A stretch of DNA of 56,728 nt, the filler included, from Catajapyx aquilonaris (taxonomy: Eukaryota): the NCBI GenBank assembly GCA_000934665.2. It is 3 parts of 3 records of this genome, joined end to end, with 100 filler letters (N's around TTAATTAATTAA, not from the genome) between each part and the next. Parts side by side here need not be neighbours in the genome. Positions count along the whole stretch, not along the records: positions 1 to 18,886 come from JYFJ02006594.1; 2 more parts are not named here. One strand, given 5' to 3'. The notes under the pieces are model-generated. The model did not search any database. It saw only the letters and a list, made by a program, of their open reading frames with translations, and was not told the DNA's origin. Of this stretch, positions 1-11,756 are shown one piece after another. How positions within the stretch are numbered: the stretch's first letter is position 1; every line of letters starts with the position of its first letter. Both the position numbers and the translations under genes were made by a program.

Positions 1-564
1 GAAGTGCGCTTTTCACTATGCAGTTCAGTTTCAAAATCTAGAATAGCAAGGTAGCACTTTAGCGGGTAAGAAGGGAAGGAGCAAGCCCCATGCCTGGTGT
101 GGTGGCGTTAAAAAATAATTTCATTTATCTTTAATTGTCTTCTGAGAGGAATTTCTACCACGAATTCCACAAATGAATTTAAAAAACATTGTTTGGAGGA
201 TAGAGCACTATGTGAGTGATCCATTAAGTGGTATTTCAATTTTCAGCTTTCATCCGTTCTGCTTCTGTAGCAGCAAATGAATCCCAATGTTCTCATTGGT
301 TGTTTGTCACCATTTTTGTCGATATTTTAAAACTAAATTTTTTTTCTCGTTTCTTATTGGGAAAATGTTCAGAAAATGCAATCGGAACTGATATTGCATT
401 ACTCAATTCTTCTCGGGTCTCAGGAGGATATAGAGGTCTGCGGTCCGCTGGTGGGCTGTAGTGTCTCTCGATATGGACCGCGATTAGGATACAATCATTA
501 TTAACTGCTTTATTTTGAAGTCGTGTGAATAATGCGCATTTACTTCCCATTCATATAATTATAT

Positions 565-1321
565 ATCCGCTCAAAAACGCACTCGTAAAAAACGCGCCAG
601 GCCAAGTCTTCCGCCGAAAAAACCTGTGAGATAGTGTCTGGGAGCCAAGCCTTGTCCACTCCGCCGCGCCGTACAAAGTCGTGAGATCGTGGTGGACGCC
701 AAGCCTTTCTTCGAGGCTATAAGCTACGTAAGTGAGATGACTTGGCCGGACTTGGTTCACGTGCACGAGGAACAATGCGATGCGTGGTTTAATACAATAG
801 AAAGTAAACTTTTAACACTCATTGGTAGAGCCATTACCAAAAAATGTGACATTTGAATGGAATATTTACTTTTAACTGTCCATGGTGGAGCAGTAACGTA
901 ACACCTCCACCTTAAAAGTACATAATTATACAGTACCTTGATTCATTGGAATAATTATACATATACTTGGACCTCTGATTCGTATCACAGGAACTACAAA
1001 ATGTCGCCTTCGAACCGCACATGCGCACATGATTACAATCGCGGTTTATTAGACTTGAAAATTGAGTCGTACTGCTTATTGGGAGAACAGTAACTTGACC
1101 AAATTCCAGCGAACTGAACGCGTATTGTTCCTCGTGCCCGTGAACCAAGTCCGGCCAAGTCATCTCACTTAGCTTATAGCCTCGAAGAAAGGCTTGGCGT
1201 CCACCACGATCTCACGACTTTGTACGGCGGAGTGGACAACGCTTGGCTCCCAGACACTATCTCTCAGGTTTTTTCGGCGGAAGACTTGGCGCGTTTTTTA
1301 CGAGTGCGTTTTTGAGGGGAT
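565..1321. mobile_element. MITE / non-autonomous DNA transposon with ~210-bp terminal inverted repeats
   Basis: 565-779 (atccgctcaaaaacgcactcgtaaaaaacgcgcc...cacgaggaacaatgcg) is the near-perfect reverse complement of ~1119-1321; no coding capacity between the arms. Confidence 0.85.
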
Positions 1322-1908
1322 GTAAGTTTAAGAAAATGGTGTACAATCAGCCCCCGACTTACATGCGATTAGGACTTGCATAAAACTTTCGACGAGCGCA
1401 AAATGTAATCAGTCACAGTCAATCATCTATACGCAATAAGCAAAATAGACGTACCGAAATCTCACTTTACTTGCTCAGATTTATTCTCATTACGTAATAC
1501 CCTGCCGAGTCTAGAAAAAGATGAGATGTCATTATCTTTAACATGTTTCGGGCAATATCTGGTGTAAGTTAAACAAGAATGGGAATATTTGGCACGCATG
1601 ATTATCAGGGGAAATTAATCCGGCACCAAGAGGAATTGTCCATAAAGTACGCCAGGATGACCTTCACTTTAAAAAAAAAAATACTCCCACCCACCGTGTC
1701 ATACATACTGACGCCCAGTTTTTCTCTCCACAAAGTGGACATTTCCCACTGTGCTACGTTTTCTTTACGTAATATGTGCTTTGATTGGAATTTCGAGGAG
1801 CTTGTTCTCCACTTGCGCAAGTCGAGGGCTCTCTCTCTCTCTCTATGCACATCCCGATGCGGAGAGCAACACTTAAATGTGTCTTACCTTCCAGTCATTG
1901 GGTACATC

Positions 1909-2050
1909 CAAAGGTGGGCACAGCTAACCGAAAAATCAGCTTCTCTAACAGCTGATCAGCTAACTATAAAAACCTGGATTTGCTAAATAGCTAATGCTAA
2001 ATGGCTAGAAAATTAGTTAGAGCTAATGCTAACAGCTAACAGCTAACTTC
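1909..2050. mobile_element. Probable hAT terminus with subterminal GCTAA(C) repeats
   Basis: caaaggtgggcacagctaacc followed by many agctaa/gctaac motifs, ~700 bp downstream of the hAT transposase stop; matching opposite end not found in the window. Confidence 0.4.
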
Positions 2051-2631
2051 ATTTTTTTTTGCTCCATGACCCTCAAAAACCAGACCTGAGCTGATAAAGC
2101 CTAGAGAGCATTGCTACACATACGCCTTATTTAGTTATTTACTGTTCCATACAAAAAGTATTAAACAAATCCAAATAGGAAAAAAGTTTATTTGTCTCAG
2201 AAGAAAGCTCCAAAGACAGGCAATGCAAAATTTATATTTAAAAAACTGGTAGCCTATACAGTATAATGTAATCCGCGCACCAAAGTGATCGGAAAATAAG
2301 TTTTGGCCAGGTAGACAGTTACAGAATTTACAATCCGGCACCTAGCCCTGTAATATGCGTACAATGTATATGGGCGGCGGCAAAAAAGGGAGTTTTAAAC
2401 AATTCCGCACACCGTAGTGATAGTACCAAACGGCTGCCAACACATAGTAGGTGGGCATACAAACAGGTAAAATAGCTGAATATGAGCGTAAAAGAAAAAA
2501 AAGACAAACAGACAAAAATATTACAGATTTGTATAAGACACAAATTGTACACTACTCACTATCGCAGTACGTTGCGAGCGTATTTACAACCAACAAACAC
2601 TACACAGAGTTCCACTCAGAGTTCCGGTTGG

Positions 2632-3744
2632 TTAGTTTGTATTAAGATGATGTTGATTAGCCTTCAAAAAAATCAGCCTCTCAAAATTTTCATCAGAGAG
2701 GCTGGCTCTCTTGGCCCTCAATATGTCCTTGCCAGTGGAGAATAAGCGCTCCATTGCAGCACTGGATGGTATGGCGGTATTGTATCGAATGAAAAGGTCA
2801 ATTAAGATCTGTTCACCTAAGAAGCCTGCATCACACTTGACCTCCTGTGAGCCGGCCTCCAACCAGATCTTGACCAGGTTCTGCGCTTTTGACTTCACTA
2901 ACCTGTGACTGGACTGGCTGCTGCTCTTCTGGGATTTAGTGATTCTGCTGAAGAAGTCTTCTTCACAGCCCTCATCGCTGTGACTGGTTCTGCTGGGGAT
3001 GCCCTCCTCACAGCCACTGGTGTGAGCTGTCTCCATCAAGGCTCTCTCCACAGCGTCCTCCATGGCTTTCTTGGTCCTGGTGAACAAGCCGTCATCATGC
3101 TCCTCCTGGTCCTCCAGCCAGAACAGGCGAAACTTGGGGTGAAAGGCAGCGGCCAGCTGGCACTCCTGGTCTTCTAGGAGAGGCTTAAACCTCTTTTTGA
3201 TTCCTGCCAGGATGGCGTCTACCAGAGGACTGCAGTACCGGAGGCGTTCCGACTTGGCCTCCTTCAACATCATGATGGTGGTAGCTACAGTTGGCAGAAG
3301 GCTTCCGAGATAGGCCTGGTCCTCCCCTTGTATCTTATCCAATGCCTTGGCAACACTGGACATTACCTGTACATACTCCTTCAGGAAGCCAACGTCAAAA
3401 TCAGTGAAGGTCGGCAACTTTAGCTGCGTCATCACCCTATTTACATCACCCTTCGTCTTCTCTAGCAGGTTGTTGAGGACAACAACCGCGTCGTACGTAG
3501 AGTTCCATCTGGTGCAGTTGGGAATCACCAGCCTTCTCTGCAAAGCATCCAGAATGGTGTCTGCTGCCACAGTGCTGCGACTCTGCAGGTTCCACAGCGC
3601 CTGTGCCTTGGACATGGCCATCCTGTAGGCTGACTTGAACGAAGCAATCTTAAGAGCATTGTTGGTATCCACGCTGGCTACCAAATTTAAGGTGTGGGCT
3701 GCGCACCTCATGTGCACTGGTAGGTTCCAGTCCTGGCTGCTGGA
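2632..3744 (-). mobile_element. hAT-family (ZBED-like) transposase, C-terminal ~370 aa, 5'-truncated
   Basis: HMRCAAHTLNLVA (CxxH motif), TRWNSTY, LAAAFHPKFRL, and hATC dimerisation motif RYNTAIPSSAAMERLFSTGKDILRAKRASLSDENFERLIFLK; frame runs into the foldback element at ~3745. Confidence 0.92.
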
Positions 3745-6700
3745 CTCCTCAAGTAGTGGGAGCGGTACGCAGAAAAAAAAACCGCATTTGATGATAGAAG
3801 CAAGCCACTTTGCACACTTGTTCCTAACACCATAAGGTTCAATTTGACCCGCAGTACCCTCAACATTTCCCCGGGGGGTTCAAAATGGCGACCATCTTTT
3901 CAAAATGGACGACAATATCGAAAAGTGTTACTTTTTGGGGTACTGATGAATGCGGGGTGTCGATTCCGCATGATTTAAGGTCGCTAAACTCGAATTTGGC
4001 CATACCAAGTTGCCATCTTGAATGATTTCGGCCCCAGAGGCGCCAATTTCCAAAATGGCGGTTTTTATTGTATACACCTCAAATTGTCCTAGAAGCGAAT
4101 GTGATGTGTCGATTCCGGGTCATTGCCACATGCGAAGCTCGAATATGAACTGACCTTGGCGACATTTTGTGTCAATTAGGCCCCACAGGCGCTATTTTCC
4201 AAGATGGCGGCCTGATGTATTATGTAAACTCGGAACTAGTCGAAGCGGTACCCAAAAATATGCTGCAAAATCTTGCAGAAAGCAAGCCACTTTGCACAGA
4301 CGTTCCATAGACCAAGACGATCAATTTGACCCGAAGCACCCTGACCCCTGACCTTGTGGGGTCAAGTGGATGCCATTTTTGAAAAAAAGTCATTTTTTTT
4401 GTAAATTCCCAATTGCCTCTCCATGGCAATGTTGGTGTCATTTCCGCATATTTCGAGGTCGACAAGTCGATTGGTAACATGCAGGAGGTCATAAGGTCAC
4501 TAGTTTGTGACCTATGACCTCCATTTTGAAATGACCCTACTGGGCTATGTCTAATGGTATTTGCGACTAACAGGTGACATATATGTGAGGTATATATCGT
4601 TTAGATATAATTTGATGTCACTGAAACCGAAAACGACAATAAAAATTCGGAATCATGCATCCGGTGACCTGTGGGGCGCCATATTGGGTTTCAACTTATA
4701 CCCCTTGGTGGGGATGACTGTGCACCCGTAAGCGAATAGTATAGACGTGTTTGGTATCCTTGCAGCATAATAATTCGAGGTCACTAAGACGATTGGTCAT
4801 ATTCAGAAGGTCAGAAGGTCACTAGAATGTGACCTATGGCCGCCATTTTTAAATTATCCTAGCGGGAAATGTGTAAAGGTATTTGCATTTGATGTGTGGC
4901 TTATGAGGTGTCGATTACATATAATTTGCTGTCACTGAAACCAAAAATGACACTAAAAATCTCGAATCATGCTTTCTGAGACCAGACAAGCACCATATTG
5001 GATTTCAACTGAAGCCCTTAGGTGGGGATATGCACCCGTAAGAGAATAGTACACGTGCTTCGTATGTCCATACCACATTCCTTGCGATTGCTGTGCAGCC
5101 AGAAATTAAAGCTAATCTTCTTCTCCTGAATATCATGTACTGAAAAAATAATTGCTATTATATTAGAATCTGAGAAGTCGCACAAAAAGTACATGATATG
5201 CACTAAGATTTGACTTGCCTCTTGTTGCTGCATCTTCATTTGCATTTCTTACAATATATTGAGAGGGCATTGTGTCGCATTTTGAGGCGCATCCGCACCT
5301 ATCGAGGGCTCGACAAACTGGCCAGATCTCGTCCTTATCGGACCACACAGGCATTCATGCCCTCTCAATGGTAAGAAATGCAAATGAAGATGCAGCAACA
5401 AGAGGCAAGTCAAATCTTAGTGCATATCATGTACTTTTTGTGCGACTTCTCAGATTCTAATATAAGAGCAATCATTTTTTCAGTACAAGATATTCAGGAG
5501 AAGAAGATAAGCTTTAATTTCTGGCTGCACAGCAATCGCAAGGAATGTGGTATGGACACGAAGCACGTGCACTATTCTCTTACGGGTGCATATCCCCACC
5601 TAAGAGCTTCAGTTAAAATCCAATATGGTGCTTGTCTGGTCTCAGAAAGCATGATTCGAGATTTTTAGTGTCATTTTTGGTTTCAGTGACAGCAAATTAT
5701 ATGTAATCGACACCTCATAAGCCACACATCAAATGCAAATACCTTTACACATTTCCCGCTAGGATAATTTAAAAATGGCGGCCATAGGTCACAAACTAGT
5801 GACCTTCTGACCTTCTGAATATGACCAATCGTCTTAGTGACCTCGAATTATTATGCTGCAAGGATACCAAACACGTCTATACTATTCACTTACGGACCGT
5901 GCACATCCCCACCAAGGGGTATAAGTTGAAACCCAATATGGCGTCCCACAGGTCACCGGATGCATGATTCCGAATTTTTATTGTCGTTTTCGGTTTCAGT
6001 GACATCAAATTATATCTAAACGATATACAGGGTGTATCTGAACTCAGTGTCCCGACGTATATGACTGCCTTCCTTGCCACCAGAGGATCGATTTAAGTAT
6101 AGGAGTCATTATGTTTGGCCGCCGCATTACGGAGATAATTGGCCGCAAACATGTAGTACAAAATATCCTGTCGGTTTGGCCACCCATCGAACCCTCCCCC
6201 AGTCAGAAGGCTCTGGAAGGTCTGGGGGCGGGACTTTGTTGGTTTGTTGCCCACAGGTGGTAAGGCCTCTTTGGCTAGTTACACCAGAAAATTCTATTTA
6301 AAAGTCAGAAGGAGCGATTAGGCAAAAATCGCTAAAGAGTGTATCTCAGTAATGAGGCTGCCCAGACATATGACTCCTATACTTGAATCGATCCTCGGGT
6401 GGCTAGAAAGGCAGTCATATACGTCGGGGCACTGAGTTCAGATACACCCTGTATACCTCACATATATGCCACCTATTAGTCGCAAATACCATTAGACATA
6501 GCCCAGTAGGGTAATTTCAAAATGGAGGTCATAGGTCACAAACTAGTGAGTGACCTTATGGCCTCCTGCATGTTACCAATCAACTTGTCGACCTCGAAAT
6601 ATGCGGAAATGACACCAACATTGCCATGGAGAGGCAATTGGGAATTTACACAAAAAAAATATGACTTTTTTTTCAAAAATGGCCTCCACTTGACCCCACA

Positions 6701-7318
6701 AGGTCAGGGGTCAGGGTGCTTCGGGTCAAATTGATCGTCTTGGTCTATGGAACGTCTGTGCAAAGTGGCTTGCTTTCTGCAAGATTTTGCAGCATATTTT
6801 TGTGTACAGCTTCGACTAGTTCCGAGTTTACATAATACATCAGGCCGCCATCTTGGAAAATAGCGCCTGTGGGGCCTAATTGACACAAAATGTCGCCAAG
6901 GTCAGTTCATATTTGAGCTTCGCATGTGGAAATGACCCGGAATCGACACATCACATTCGCTTCTAGGACAATTTGAGGTGTATACAATAAAAACCGCCAT
7001 TTTGGAAATTGGCGCCTCTGGGGCCGAAATCATTCAAGATGGCAACTTGGTATGGCCAAATTCGAGTTTAGCGACCTTAAATCATGCAGAATCGACACCC
7101 CGCATTCATCAGTACCCCAAAAAGTAACACTTTTCGATATTGTCGTCCATTTTGACAAGATGGTCGCCATTTTGAATCCCCCGGGGAAATGTTGAGGGTA
7201 CTGCGGGTCAAATTGAACCTTATGCTGTTAGGAACAAGTGTGCAAAGTGGCTTGCTTCTATCATCAAATGCGGGTTTTTTCTGCTATTTTACTTGTGCCG
7301 CTCCCACTATTTGGGGGG
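3745..7318. mobile_element. Foldback-like element: ~1.5-kb inverted arms (3745-5270 / 5357-7318) around an ~86-bp spacer
   Basis: Mirror-image ORFs (4169+/6886-, 4492-/6522+, 5245-/5378+) and direct reading of reverse-complement identity; arms contain internal direct sub-repeats and many (C)AAAATGGCG/AAGATGGCG motifs; right arm carries a 424-bp insertion. Confidence 0.9.
6028..6451. mobile_element. 424-bp Tc1/mariner-type MITE (copy 1), TA target duplication
   Basis: TA|cagggtgtatctgaactcagtg...cactgagttcagatacaccctg|TA, ~110-bp TIRs; the opposite palindrome arm (~4586-4604) preserves the empty site with a single TA. Confidence 0.95.
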
Positions 7319-9948
7319 CAATCAACTCGGAGCACTGCAATTTTGTGCCACTTCATGAACCAGGAAAATTGTCATGTCAGTGACTCCTGCTGATTACTTT
7401 GAGGTTAATATTCCACGCCACATGAGCCAAAAAGGGCCCATGCGATAGCTTCACTTCGTATAGATTATGAGTGTAAAATCACTTCTTGTTACCTGGCTCG
7501 AGTGAAGGCCAAACAACCCGTGATCTGAAACAATACTTTCGATAATTATTGGATCAGTGCGCTCATGCGCTATTATCGTTTTACGAATGACAGTGATGTT
7601 CCAGGAATGCTCATTTCATAACAGGGCTATATTGATTGTTTTTAAATAAATATGATTTCATAATAACTTCCAAAAATATTACAATTGCGATTTTATATGT
7701 CCGATATATTTCTCTGGGGTCGGACAGCAGCCGGGTGATTTTCCCGCACCTGTCACTTATCCATACTTCAACTTCCTAAGCTCTCAATTTTTGCATCTCA
7801 AGGTTGAGCTACACAGTCATGTGTTCTGTTCAATTTATCGGGCTGAATTCTGGTGGAAGACACCTGACAATCAAAAAAGACCAGTTCATATTTTTAAATC
7901 CTTTATTAGATTTGACAGTAATCCCCATTACATACCATATAGGAAAGTCATAAAATCGCATAATTATGCAACACAAAATCATAATTTTTAAATTGAAATG
8001 TTTTAGAAATGTATTACTTTTTCAAATGTAAAAAAATTATATTCTCGAATTTCGGCTAGAGTTCCGATGTTTTATAACCATGACGTCCTACAACTAATTT
8101 AGCTTAATTCCCATAATAATTTGAAGTTGGTGCAATGTTCCTTGTTGCATAAAAAATCAGATGTGGCCTAATCTCATGTATAGAGTGACATTTCACTTCG
8201 ACATACTTTATGTAAAACTAAATCAATTGATTGAGACGGCTCTTCACGAACATCAAAATGACAAGTTAAACTAACGCAGCAGGATGATAACGATACAATA
8301 AAATAACTCATTCATGAAATAGATTTTCCTCGAATTAATTCTTATTACGTAGAAATGACATTTTTTGAACTACCCACGACATTTTATTAGATACCCACTC
8401 TAGGTGTCATGCCAAGTAAAATGATTTATAATACAATCACGGGCATTTCAGAAGGTAACTTGAGAATAAATCAATTTCTCCAAGAAATGTTTGACTTACG
8501 AATTCCTTGCTTACGTGGTGTGGTAGGGAAAACCCCAAAATTATTTTAGGCATGCACACACTAAAGAAAACAATTATTGCAAGCGTAATCCCAGGGGTCC
8601 AATATTATCTGATTTGCACAGTTGCTCAACTTGGACACATCGCTCGAATAATTTGAAATTTCATATCTCCATTTCTCATTGGAGTTCACAAACGGGTTTA
8701 AAAAAATATTTGATTGGAATGCATTTGAACAGATGGGTGTAATGATTTAGGGGAATCAGCAGTCGATACAGGTCCACACGGATATACTCGAGGTGGAATA
8801 TATCAATTTTGACGATTTTTCGCAACGTCGACCATTATTTTCTCAAATAATAATCAACGTCGCGTAGCATTGTCTTGATATTCCGGTATGCATTGTAGGC
8901 GGGCTAAGTGCTTATCATAATGATAATAGAACATGGGTGAGATGAGTCTGCTAATCCAAATGCAAGAACAGTACTGTAGTTGTCATACACTAGTATAGAA
9001 GTGATTTTTCACATAGTACAGTATAATATTAAATGTAAAATGACACTCTTAATGACAATCTAAACTTAATTATAATTATTTCGATATATTACACCATCGG
9101 ATTGGATAGTCACGTTACGAGGAAGAAATGTCAGGAGTGTTCAGGAGTTTCGGGAAAATACCTCTTTTGACTGATGCATATCTTGCCTCGGGTTTACAGA
9201 AAAATATTAAGACTTTTATTTTGACAAACACTCACTCACATGAACAGCAATGTTATTGCTTGCCGGAATTCTAAACCTGCCAGATAATTCAATATTTATG
9301 CAAAATTGGCATGAAATCACCCAATGGTAAACTACGACTTGGTTCCTAACATTGAATTGGCCTGAGGCTAGTCCAGCCAGCAATCTTGTTTACACTTTGT
9401 CTCGAAATGCGATTGCGTATCAGTTAATCAAGCAGCTATTCTGCTTCATTATGTAACTTTTACAGTATCCCAAGTCTATCCCACAGACCACAGTGTGCTA
9501 AACAAAAGGCTACTATTGTTCAGAGACAATACCACATCATGATCAATCAGTCTTCACTCTTTGCTTATTATCATCTCTCCTTCCCCAGATGTTACAACAG
9601 ATTCTCCACATCCAGACACAATTCACGTCCTCTGCAGGTGTCCACTACTTTCTCTACATCTGAACTTCTCTAGTCAAACCCCAACTATTTTGCCTAGAGT
9701 ACAACCAGTTGAATATTAGCAGCAAGATTGTAAACCAGTGGTAGAATAGGGTCAATGGGGCTGGCTCAGGCACTAACCGGTAGGGCGGCGCTAGTGGGCG
9801 AAAGGTTATAGTTCAGTATCGTCAGGAGTGAATACTGGTATTGTCCCGTCTACATTTCCATACAAGATGTGATTTCTGTTCACTTTCTGTTGGAGATGAA
9901 GCTTGAACCTTGCTGCGACAGTACGAAGCAAAGGTCCGAACCAGCAAA

Positions 9949-10140
9949 ATGCCACAGTACTGTTGTGTACCGAGTTCCCGATGCAACATTTCCGGCCATC
10001 ATTTTCCCAAAAACCCATCGCTTGGGAAACAGTGGCGAGTTGCCATCAAACGCGTGGATTCACGAACTGGAAATCTTTGAGATCAGGCGCAGATCCGGTC
10101 GCGTCGTCTGCCATTTGCACTTGAGGACTACAGAATTTGC
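9949..10140 (+). pseudogene. THAP (C2CH) DNA-binding domain relic, probably transposon-derived
   Basis: MPQYCCVPSSRC...HFPKNPSLGKQWRVAIKR...NL* (TGA at 10078-10080 where Trp is expected), then frameshifted VVCHLHLRTTEF; not shown as a single ORF in the track. Confidence 0.75.
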
Positions 10141-10206
10141 GAGTTTGCGGTCGACGTGACCCTTTTGGTTTTGGTCTAGTCACGGCAAAATATATTTTCG
10201 ACCCGT

Positions 10207-10265
10207 TTTCTTCTTCTTCTTCTTCTTCTTCTTCTTCTTCTTCTTCTTCTTCTTCTTCTTCTTCT
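10207..10265. repeat. (TTC)n microsatellite
   Basis: ~19 TTC units. Confidence 0.95.
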
Positions 10266-10454
10266 CTCCTTATGTTCGCCCCTGCATCCTCTCCTCCCCC
10301 TCCGGGGGAGGAGAGGTTGCTGGGCGAATATACATGCTATGGGCAAGGTGGGGCAGGCCCCGGGCCGAGATGGATCGGGTACGGGCAGAATTGGTGGGTT
10401 TGGCCGCTGGGAGAGCGAGGCAATAGCGGGCTCAAGGAGGAGTGGGGTTCACTC

Positions 10455-11016
10455 GCAGGGTTACCTCTGAAAATTCATTGCGGCCAATCTAGGGGTCGCC
10501 CTGGTTTGACAGTGCCCCCGTTGTCGAGAGGAGATTCCGACGATGCCGTCGAGGTCCATATCGGCAATAAATAACCACGGTCTATTTTACTGGAGAATTC
10601 AATAGCGATTATGAGGGTAAAAAGTGGGACATGTAGCCTCTGGGAGGGTGAGAATCTGGCGGGCTGTAACCCAACGGGTCCAGAGTGCAGGGTTGTCTCT
10701 GAAAATTCATTCCGGCCAAACTGGGGGTCGCATGGGTGTGACAGTGCCCAAGTCGTCGAGGGGAGATTCCGACTTTTCCGTCTATGGCCATATCGGCCAT
10801 AAATAACAACGGGTTAATTTACGGGGGAATCTTATTATTTTCTTCTTCCCCTCATATTCGATATTAAATTCTCAAGTAAAATAACCGCCCGGTATTTACG
10901 GCTTATATGGACATTGACGGAATCCTCGGAATCTCCTCTCGACGATGGGGGCACTGTCACACCAGGGCGACTCCCAGTTTGGCCGGAATGAATTTTTAGA
11001 GGCAACCCTGCACTCT
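10455..11016. repeat. ~145-bp unit present twice in direct orientation (10455, 10687) and once inverted (10868-11016)
   Basis: shared gcagggtt.cctct.aaaattcatt.cggccaa.ct.gg.gtcgc...gacagtgccc...gtcgag.ggagattccga. Confidence 0.8.
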
Positions 11017-11756
11017 CCACCCGTGCATGCGGCCCGTAGAGAGAGAAAAACAATAACCTTTCGCACACTAACGCCACCTGTCGGCCGAACTTTCGGTGAG
11101 CCAGCCCTATTTGTAATACGGGGTTACTAGCTAAACAATATTCAGTCATTTTCTTGTCATGGCATTTGATTTACGATAAAAACAATAAAAGTGCCAGGGT
11201 TGCAGATATCTGCCCTGGTAAATTGGCTCCCATGAATATAATGCAGTTAGAGGAGAGCCAATATATTGACAAGGTCCATGGCAGATTGCTTCCATAACTA
11301 AACAAATAAACATACAGCATATTATGTCCATATTCCATTTGCTATGTACGCGAACAAATTCTTAAGATAAAAGAGCAGCTTGGCTTAGCTTTCCGTTGAT
11401 TCTACACTAGCAGAGTTCTCCCAAACCAAAAGGAGGATTGAAAACTCGATCCACATGTCTCTATGACACTCCTTTTTGTGATCTCCCCCCACACCCCACC
11501 CCCTCTCTCTTTCCTTTGATATTCCCTTGCCATACTTTTCCTTCCTCTAAAATCTCCCATCAAGGATATCCGCTAAGCCTTTCAAAATGCCTTAACATTG
11601 TAGGTGGCAGGATGTGTTCAGATTACTTGAATATTGCAACGTCTCTCTGAATGGGAAATGAAACACAAAAATCACTTGTGTCTTGTGTGTGTTCTCTCAT
11701 GCTTTTTTAATGTCCTGATTGAGAAGGCATCCTCTTCAAATTATCCAACTAAATGG

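Noticed and set aside
100..550. Possible decayed coding sequence on the minus strand (ORF 293-550 and downstream)
   Set aside because: Coding-like composition, but it has stops and no motif I can assign
4169..6886. Pairs of near-identical short ORFs on opposite strands (MSIRPHRRY..., MQMKMQQQE...)
   Set aside because: By-products of the foldback palindrome; no recognisable protein features
7490..7865. Minus-strand segments bounded by good AG/GT sites (~7492-7523, ~7750-7863)
   Set aside because: The larger segment has stops in all three frames; cannot be linked to a gene without RNA data
10137..10574. 145-aa poly-Ser ORF
   Set aside because: Produced by the TTC microsatellite and adjacent repeat
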